Positions 57,998-64,000 of a stretch of DNA of 64,000 nucleotides are shown piece after piece. This DNA is from Alphaproteobacteria bacterium (GTDB taxonomy: Bacteria > Pseudomonadota > Alphaproteobacteria > UBA6615). Position numbers and translations under genes: made by a program. Where the stretch lies: NCBI GenBank assembly GCA_021774445.1, contig JAJFJA010000005.1, positions 73,790 through 137,789 of the forward strand. Direction: 5' to 3'. The notes under the pieces were generated by a model that was not told where the DNA came from, did no database searches, and saw nothing but the letters and a program-made list of their open reading frames with translations. How positions within the stretch are numbered: the first letter of the stretch is position 1; each line of letters begins with the position of its first letter.

Positions 57998-58468
57998 CTA
58001 ACCGCCGCCGCCAAGCAGCGGATGGGCCACCTTATCGCCCACTTTAATACTTAACCGCCGGACGGTACCGGCGTTCAATTCAAGCACCGCCAGCACCGGT
58101 ACCCGTGAGGATACGGTCTTCAGCGACTGCGGGATCGTGCGCTCGACGATATGAGCGATCGTGCCATCGGCCTTGACGAACAGCATGTCCAACGGGATGA
58201 AGGTATTGCGCATCCAAAAACCGCGCATGGCTTCCCTGTCATTGACGAACAACATACCGGCATCGGCCGCCATCGATTGGCGAAACATCAGACCTTGCGC
58301 CTGCTGCTGCGGCGTCAAGGCCAGCTCGACGGCGAACGTATAGGTGTCGCCGGCAGTGGCTATTTCAAGCTCCGACCGCTCGAAATCCAGGAGTTGTCCG
58401 GTCTGCGCCGAGCCTTCCAGCGGCAGCAGCAGGAGGACGGCGTAAAAGACGATGCGCAAGGCCTTCAT
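57998..58468 (-). CDS. DUF192 family protein
   Basis: VELA, QGLMFR, GMLF, FWMRNTFIPLDMLF, VLELNAG. Confidence 0.92.
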   Translation of the reverse strand: MKALRIVFYAVLLLLPLEGSAQTGQLLDFERSELEIATAGDTYTFAVELALTPQQQAQGLMFRQSMAADAGMLFVNDREAMRGFWMRNTFIPLDMLFVKADGTIAHIVERTIPQSLKTVSSRVPVLAVLELNAGTVRRLSIKVGDKVAHPLLGGGG

Positions 58469-59652
58469 ATAGCGGGTCTCCAGGCATTTGTTTTGGCCAA
58501 CACGGCCTTGGCCGTGGCGTGAATTTCCGGGCGAATTGCCCCAGAATTAGGCGGATCGGCCAGAGTGTCAAACCAATGCTGCGGTGGATTGCGGCCGGCG
58601 GCGCGATGCCAAGTCAGGCCGCGAAGCACATCCTCGCCAGCCGCCGGTAATTGCGCCGGAATGGTGTGGCCGCATAATGCCGCCCAAACGCCGGTCCAGC
58701 AGCGGGCGACGCTCCACGGATTGTAGCCGCCGCCGCCGAGAACAAGGGCGCAGGGCGCCAACTCGATGCTTTGCGTTACCGCCCGCCAAAGGGCGCCGTT
58801 GGAGAGCGAAAGCTTGCTGAGCGGATCGTCGGCCAGTGCGTCGGCGCCACATTGCACGACAACGATCTGCGGCGCGAACGCGGTGCAGACCGGCACGACT
58901 GCCTCGCGGAGAAGATACGCCAACTCGGCATCATGAAAACCCATCGGCACCGGCAAATTGCATGCCGTGGCGTGAGACCAGCCGGCGGCGGCACCGGTGT
59001 GAGGCCAGCGATCGCGTTCGTGGATCGACAAGGTCAAAACACGGTCGTCATCGGCGAAGGCATCCTCGACCCCGTCGCCATGGTGGGCGTCATAGTCGAC
59101 GTAGCAGACGCGCTCGATGCCGCCATCGAGCATGCGCAAGATCCCCAGCACCGGATCGTTGAGATAGCAAAAACCACTGGCCCGATCCGGCCGGCCGTGG
59201 TGGGTGCCGCCGGCTGGGCTATAGATCACGCGTCCCTGCCCGGCCAGCGCCGCGGCGACGAGCAGATCGGCGGCATAGAGACTGGCGCCGGCGGCTGTTG
59301 CCGGACGACTGAACATCTGCTGGAAAATCGGATTCTCGAGACGACCGAGATTGAAGCGCTCGCGGTCGTGGGGCGACGCGCGCCCGCTGTGCTCGGTGGC
59401 CAGGAGGGCGGCGAGATAGTCGGGATCATGGAAACGGGTGAGCGCGGCGACATCGGCGCGTGGGCTGTCACAGTAGGATGAGTCGGGCAGCCAGCCGAGG
59501 GCGCGGCACAAGTCTATGGTGGCGGACACTCGCGGGATCGCCAGCGGATGGCGGGGGCCATAGGAAGACGTGCGGTAGATCTCACTACCGATGAATAACG
59601 GGGGATCCGCGCGGCGTGGGCCCGGCAGCGCTGTGGCGGCCTCATATGGCAT
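58465..59652 (-). CDS. acuC: acetoin utilization protein AcuC / histone deacetylase family
   Basis: HPLAIPR, GGTHHG, ASGFCYLND, DYDAHHGDG, GADALADDPL, GGGGY; start uncertain. Confidence 0.88.
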   Translation of the reverse strand: MPYEAATALPGPRRADPPLFIGSEIYRTSSYGPRHPLAIPRVSATIDLCRALGWLPDSSYCDSPRADVAALTRFHDPDYLAALLATEHSGRASPHDRERFNLGRLENPIFQQMFSRPATAAGASLYAADLLVAAALAGQGRVIYSPAGGTHHGRPDRASGFCYLNDPVLGILRMLDGGIERVCYVDYDAHHGDGVEDAFADDDRVLTLSIHERDRWPHTGAAAGWSHATACNLPVPMGFHDAELAYLLREAVVPVCTAFAPQIVVVQCGADALADDPLSKLSLSNGALWRAVTQSIELAPCALVLGGGGYNPWSVARCWTGVWAALCGHTIPAQLPAAGEDVLRGLTWHRAAGRNPPQHWFDTLADPPNSGAIRPEIHATAKAVLAKTNAWRPAI

Positions 59653-59744
59653 TGGTTCGACATAAGCGGCCGGGTCGCACAGTTCAACGACGCCGCCATG
59701 GCCAACTTGACTTGCCGGGCGGCGGCGGCCCATAGTCCGTTGAA

Positions 59745-59838
59745 CCCACCGGGGGGAACCGCCGAGGCGGTTGAGAGGTCCCAATGACGGGACGACCCCT
59801 TGAACCTGATCCGGATCATGCCGGCGTAGGGACGAGTG
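59745..59838 (+). ncRNA. TPP (thi-box) riboswitch
   Basis: CCGGGGGG...TGAGA...ACCCCTTGAACCTGATCCGGATCATGCCGGCGTAGGGA core; promoter TTGACT (59707) / CATAGT (59731) upstream. Confidence 0.93.
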
Positions 59839-59843
59839 AGGCG

Positions 59844-60620
59844 ATGGCAAAGTCCGTTATTGAGCCCCAAATATCCCAACAGACCGCCGAAGCCGGGCCG
59901 TGCATGCGGGCGCGGGTCGAGCGTTTTGCGTTCGAGGGGGAACTGCTGTTCTCGGGGCTGGACTTTGCCGCCGAACAAGGCCGCTGGACATGCCTTTTGG
60001 GACCCAGCGGCGTCGGCAAGACAACCTTATTGCGGATGATTGCCGGGTTGTTGCCTGGCGCGGTTTGCGACGTCGCCGGCGCGCCACTTGGCGGACAGGT
60101 CGGCTACATGGCACAGCAAGACCTGCTGATGCCGTGGCTGGACGCCGCGGAGAACGTCATGGTGGGACAGCGGCTGCGGGGTGAGCGGAGGCAGCGGAAG
60201 CGAGCCCTACAACTGCTGGAACAGGTCGGCGTGGTCGAGCATGCCGGCAAGTTGCCGGCAACGCTCTCCGGCGGTCAGCGGCAGCGGGTCGCGCTGGCAC
60301 GCACGCTGATGGAGGACCGGCCGATCGTGCTCATGGACGAGCCGTTCTCGTCCGTCGATGCGGTCAACCGCCAGCGTTTGCAGACCCTCGCCGCCACCTT
60401 GCTGCGCGATCGCACCGTCGTCCTGATTACCCATGATCCGCAGGAGGCGCTGCTGCTGGGCCACAAGATCCTGGTGATGTCCGGGCGGCCGGCGGTGCTG
60501 GAAGAGGCGGCGGTGCCGGACACCGTCACGCCGCGCCGGACCACCGACCCCGCTCTGGTCGGGTTGCAAGAAAAGTTGATGCAGAAACTCACGGCGGCGC
60601 TCGAGGAGGTCGGCGCATGA
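59844..60620 (+). CDS. thiamine-precursor (HMP) ABC transporter ATPase, ThiZ-like
   Basis: GPSGVGKTT, LSGGQRQRV, MDEPFS; directly after the TPP riboswitch; start 59844 or 59904. Confidence 0.88.
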   Translation: MAKSVIEPQISQQTAEAGPCMRARVERFAFEGELLFSGLDFAAEQGRWTCLLGPSGVGKTTLLRMIAGLLPGAVCDVAGAPLGGQVGYMAQQDLLMPWLDAAENVMVGQRLRGERRQRKRALQLLEQVGVVEHAGKLPATLSGGQRQRVALARTLMEDRPIVLMDEPFSSVDAVNRQRLQTLAATLLRDRTVVLITHDPQEALLLGHKILVMSGRPAVLEEAAVPDTVTPRRTTDPALVGLQEKLMQKLTAALEEVGA

Positions 60621-61381
60621 CCGCCGCCGGGCGCCCGTTGGTGATCCTGCTGGGGCTGCTGGTCCTGTGGCAACTGGCCGTCTGGCTGAGCGACATTCCG
60701 CCCTTCCTGTTGCCGGGACCGGGCGCCGTGCTCGAGGTATTGTGGACACGCTACGAGACCCTGGCCGGGCATACTTTGATAACGGTCGGCGAGATCCTGT
60801 TGGGCCTGGTATTCGGGACCGCGTTGGGTGCCACAAGCGCGCTGGTCATGGCCTATTTCCGCCCGGCCAGGGCCTGGCTGATGCCGGTGCTGGTGGTGAG
60901 CCAAGCGGTGCCGGTTTTCGCGTTGGCACCGGTGCTGGTGCTGTGGTTCGGTTACGGCCTGGCACCCAAGGTCGCGATGGCGACATTGATCATCTATTTT
61001 CCGGTGACCGCCGCTTTTCACGACGGTTTGCGGCGAACCGAGCCCGGCTGGCTGGACCTGGCGCAGACAATGGGAGCGTCGCGCTGGTCGCAGCTGCGCC
61101 GGGTTCGCCTACCCGCGGCGATGCCTGCTTTCGCATCAGGTTTGCGGGTGGCGGCCGCCGTGGCGCCGATCGGTGCGGTGGTCGGGGAATGGGTCGGCTC
61201 ATCCGCGGGACTTGGCTACTACATGCTGCTGATGAACGGCCGCGTGCAAACCGCGGCGATGTTCGCCGCCCTGTTCATTCTGGCGCTGGTGGCCGTCGTC
61301 CTCTACTTCGCGATCGACATCCTATTGCGCCTGGCGCTGCCGTGGCAGCCGGATTCCGACCCTAGCCTCAAACCGGAGTAA
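60617..61381 (+). CDS. HMP ABC transporter permease, ThiX-like
   Basis: SQAVPVFALAP, WFGYG, GAVVGEWVG. Confidence 0.9.
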   Translation: MTAAGRPLVILLGLLVLWQLAVWLSDIPPFLLPGPGAVLEVLWTRYETLAGHTLITVGEILLGLVFGTALGATSALVMAYFRPARAWLMPVLVVSQAVPVFALAPVLVLWFGYGLAPKVAMATLIIYFPVTAAFHDGLRRTEPGWLDLAQTMGASRWSQLRRVRLPAAMPAFASGLRVAAAVAPIGAVVGEWVGSSAGLGYYMLLMNGRVQTAAMFAALFILALVAVVLYFAIDILLRLALPWQPDSDPSLKPE

Positions 61382-61387
61382 GTCCCG

Positions 61388-62341
61388 ATGACAAGTCGAT
61401 ATAGAAACCTGGCGATCGGCGCCGCGGCTTTGGCGCTGGTCACTGCGCCGCTGCAGGCGACGGCGGCCGAGAAGCTCACCGTCATCCTGGACTGGTTTAT
61501 TAACCCCGATCACGGGCCACTGCTGATCGCTCAGGAGGGCGGCTTCTTCGAAGCGCATGGTTTGGAGGTGGCGTTGATCGCCCCGGCCGACCCCAATGAC
61601 CCGCCAAAGCTGGTCGCCGCCGGCAAGGCGGACCTGGCCGTTTCCTATCAGCCACAACTGCATCTGCAGGTGGCCGCGGGCCTGCCGCTGGTGCGGGTCG
61701 GCACCTTGGTGGGGACACCGCTGAACTCGCTGGTGGTGTTGGCCGACGGGCCGATCAAATCGATCGCCGATCTCAAGGGGCGCAAGGTCGGGTTTTCGGT
61801 CGGCGGTTTCGAGGATGCCTTACTGGGCGCGATGTTGGAGAAAAACGGGCTGAGCCTGGACGACGTCGAGCTGGTCAACGTCAACTTCTCACTGTCGCCG
61901 GCGCTGATCAGCGGGCAGGTGGATGCAGTCATCGGCGCGTTTCGTAACTTCGAGTTGAACCAGATGGATATTATCGGCCGACCCGGTCGGGCGTTCTTCT
62001 TGGAGGAAGAAGGCGTGCCGCCCTATGACGAGTTGGTCATAGTGGCCAATAAGGCAACATTGGACGATCCGAGGCTGGCGGCGTTCATGGCGGCATTGGA
62101 GGACGCGACGTTGTTCCTGGTGAACCACCCGGAGGAAAGCTGGGCAATGTTCATCAAGGACCGGCCCGATTTGGACGATGAACTGAACCGGCGGGCCTGG
62201 CGCGACACCCTGCCCCGCTTCGCGCTGCGACCGGCGGCCTTGCAACAAGGGCGCTACGAGAATTTCGCTCGGTTTCTGGTGGAGCGCGGGCTGATCAACA
62301 GCGTGCCGCCACTGGGCGACTACGCCGTGGAGCTCAAGTAA
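61388..62341 (+). CDS. NMT1/THI5-like substrate-binding protein, ThiY-like
   Basis: LDWFINPDHGP, AVSYQP, DLKGRKVG, GAFRNFE, YDEL. Confidence 0.92.
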   Translation: MTSRYRNLAIGAAALALVTAPLQATAAEKLTVILDWFINPDHGPLLIAQEGGFFEAHGLEVALIAPADPNDPPKLVAAGKADLAVSYQPQLHLQVAAGLPLVRVGTLVGTPLNSLVVLADGPIKSIADLKGRKVGFSVGGFEDALLGAMLEKNGLSLDDVELVNVNFSLSPALISGQVDAVIGAFRNFELNQMDIIGRPGRAFFLEEEGVPPYDELVIVANKATLDDPRLAAFMAALEDATLFLVNHPEESWAMFIKDRPDLDDELNRRAWRDTLPRFALRPAALQQGRYENFARFLVERGLINSVPPLGDYAVELK

Positions 62342-64000
62342 CGGCAGGTTCGAGCGCTTCCTCCGCCTCCTTGACCTGCTGTTCACGTTGCCGGGTCCAC
62401 AGGGCGGCGTATTTACCCCCCAGCTTCAGCAACTCACTATGGCGACCACGCTCGACGACCCGACCATCCTCGAGGACAATAATCTGGTCGGCGTGAACGA
62501 CGGTGGACAGCCGGTGGGCGATGATCAGGGTGGTGTGGTCCTCGGAAACTTTCTCGAGCGCCGCCTGAATCTCCTTTTCGGTGTGGGTGTCCAAGGCCGA
62601 GGTGGCCTCGTCGAACATGAGAATCTGGGGTTGTTTGAGAATGGTGCGGGCGATGGCGACGCGTTGCTTTTCGCCGCCGGATAGCTTGAGGCCGCGTTCG
62701 CCGACACGGGATTCATAACCGTCGGGTAGGGTCATGACGAAATCGTGGACCTGGGCTAGCCGGGCGGCCTCTTCGACCTCCGCCTTTGTCGCATCAGGGC
62801 GGCCATAGCGGATGTTGTAGAAGATGGTGTCGTTGAACAACACGGTGTCCTGCGGGACGATACCGATCGCCGCCCGCAGGCTGGCCTGCTGCACCTCGCG
62901 AATATCCTGGCCATCTATGGTGATGGCGCCCGCGTCAACGTCATAGAAACGGAACAGCAGCCGGCTGATCGTCGACTTGCCGGCGCCGGTGGGCCCAACG
63001 ATGGCGACGGTTTGGCCGGCAGGAACCTCGAAGCTGACGTCCTTGAGGATCGCCCGGCGGTCATCGTAGGCGAAACCGACATGGCTGAAGGCCAGATTGC
63101 CCTGCCCGACCTTCAGAGGCGGGGCGCCCGGCGCATCCTCGATTTCACGATTGACGTTCAGCAGGCTGAACATGGACTCCATGTCGGTCAGCGATTGCTT
63201 GATCTCGCGATAGACGAAGCCGAGGAAGTTCAGCGGCTGGGATAGCTGGATGAGATAGGCATTTACGGCGACGAAGTCGCCCACGGTCATATTCCCTTTG
63301 GCGACCCCAAATGCGGCCATCATCATATTGCCGATGAGACCCCCAGAGATGATGAAGCCCTGGCCGATGTTGACGACGGACAGCGAGGTCATGCTGCGGA
63401 CCGCCATTTTTTCGTAGCGTTTCACCGCGCTGTCGTAGCGCTGGGCCTCATGTTCCTCATTGCCGAAATATTTGACCGTTTCGAAGTTCAGCAGACTGTC
63501 GATGGCCTTGGTGTTGGCCTCGCTGTCGGACTGGTTCATGGCGCGCCGAAACTTCAGGCGCCATTCGGTCACGGTTAACGTGTAGGTGATGTAGACGACG
63601 ATGGTGCCGAGGGTGACGAGGGTGAAACGAAAGTCGTAGAGGGTCCACAGGATGATCGACACCATCGTGAGTTCGAGCAGGGTCGGCACGATGTTGAACA
63701 ACATGAAGCGGAGCAGAAAATCGATGCCCCGCAAGCCGCGCTCTATGGCGCGGCTGAGCCCGCCGGTTTGGCGGTCGAGATGGAAGCGCAATGCCAGGCT
63801 GTGCAAATGCCGGAAGGTCTTGAGCGCGACGACGCGAATGGCGCGCTGGCTGACCTTGGCAAAAACGAAGTCGCGCAGCTCGCCGAGCGCCCGAGACACC
63901 ACTTGGGCCCCGCCATAAGCGAGAATGAGGGCAACCGGCACCACGACGATAGCTTGATTGGCGCCACTCAGGCTATCTACTGCCGCCTTGTAGAGCAGCG
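62334..64000 (-). CDS. ATM1-like ABCB exporter (5' end outside the window)
   Basis: LRFHLDRQTGG, DSLLNFETVKYF, GPTGAGKST, VPQDTVLFND, LSGGEKQR. Confidence 0.93.
   Translation of the reverse strand, partial: LLYKAAVDSLSGANQAIVVVPVALILAYGGAQVVSRALGELRDFVFAKVSQRAIRVVALKTFRHLHSLALRFHLDRQTGGLSRAIERGLRGIDFLLRFMLFNIVPTLLELTMVSIILWTLYDFRFTLVTLGTIVVYITYTLTVTEWRLKFRRAMNQSDSEANTKAIDSLLNFETVKYFGNEEHEAQRYDSAVKRYEKMAVRSMTSLSVVNIGQGFIISGGLIGNMMMAAFGVAKGNMTVGDFVAVNAYLIQLSQPLNFLGFVYREIKQSLTDMESMFSLLNVNREIEDAPGAPPLKVGQGNLAFSHVGFAYDDRRAILKDVSFEVPAGQTVAIVGPTGAGKSTISRLLFRFYDVDAGAITIDGQDIREVQQASLRAAIGIVPQDTVLFNDTIFYNIRYGRPDATKAEVEEAARLAQVHDFVMTLPDGYESRVGERGLKLSGGEKQRVAIARTILKQPQILMFDEATSALDTHTEKEIQAALEKVSEDHTTLIIAHRLSTVVHADQIIVLEDGRVVERGRHSELLKLGGKYAALWTRQREQQVKEAEEALEPAVT

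Overview
GC-rich alphaproteobacterial chromosomal window (taxon inferred from gene content and promoter motifs) with four parts. (1) About 1-18,490 is an accessory island ending at the 3' end of a tRNA-Pro(TGG), with att-like/IHF motifs and nested IS481/IS256 debris. It carries a GYD protein, cysQ, archease-rtcB, an aminotransferase, a GT4 plus glycogen-debranching pair, a site-2 protease-CBS, hsp20-lon, a decayed dienelactone hydrolase, a phosphoribosyltransferase, a second-copy-type prs and an APH-like kinase. Five of its promoters carry FNR/FixK-type boxes at class II spacing from a plausible -10. The gene set mirrors much of the Mycobacterium tuberculosis DosR dormancy regulon, so it is a candidate mobile low-oxygen/dormancy module and the main finding here. 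(2) About 18.5-20.4 kb holds tRNA-Pro, a candidate CtrA-box-driven sRNA of about 75 nt, cytochrome c' and a GNAT relic. (3) About 20.4-55.3 kb holds three catabolic clusters of unknown substrate. The first has hydantoinase/oxoprolinase, amidohydrolase, GGT and a Dpp-type transporter. The second is a GntR-linked cluster with a single-chain triple-fusion opine/D-hydroxyproline dehydrogenase-like flavoprotein, a DHDPS-like lyase, a PTE-family hydrolase and an M20 protein with a rewired active site. The third is an IclR-linked twin-sulfatase, twin-Gfo/Idh/MocA cluster. (4) About 55.3-64 kb holds core-like genes: HMG-CoA lyase, FKBP, O-methyltransferase, DUF192, AcuC, a TPP riboswitch with a ThiXYZ-type ABC system, and a partial ATM1-like exporter. 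No CRISPR array or rRNA was seen. All family assignments come from motif recognition by eye; no database searches were run.
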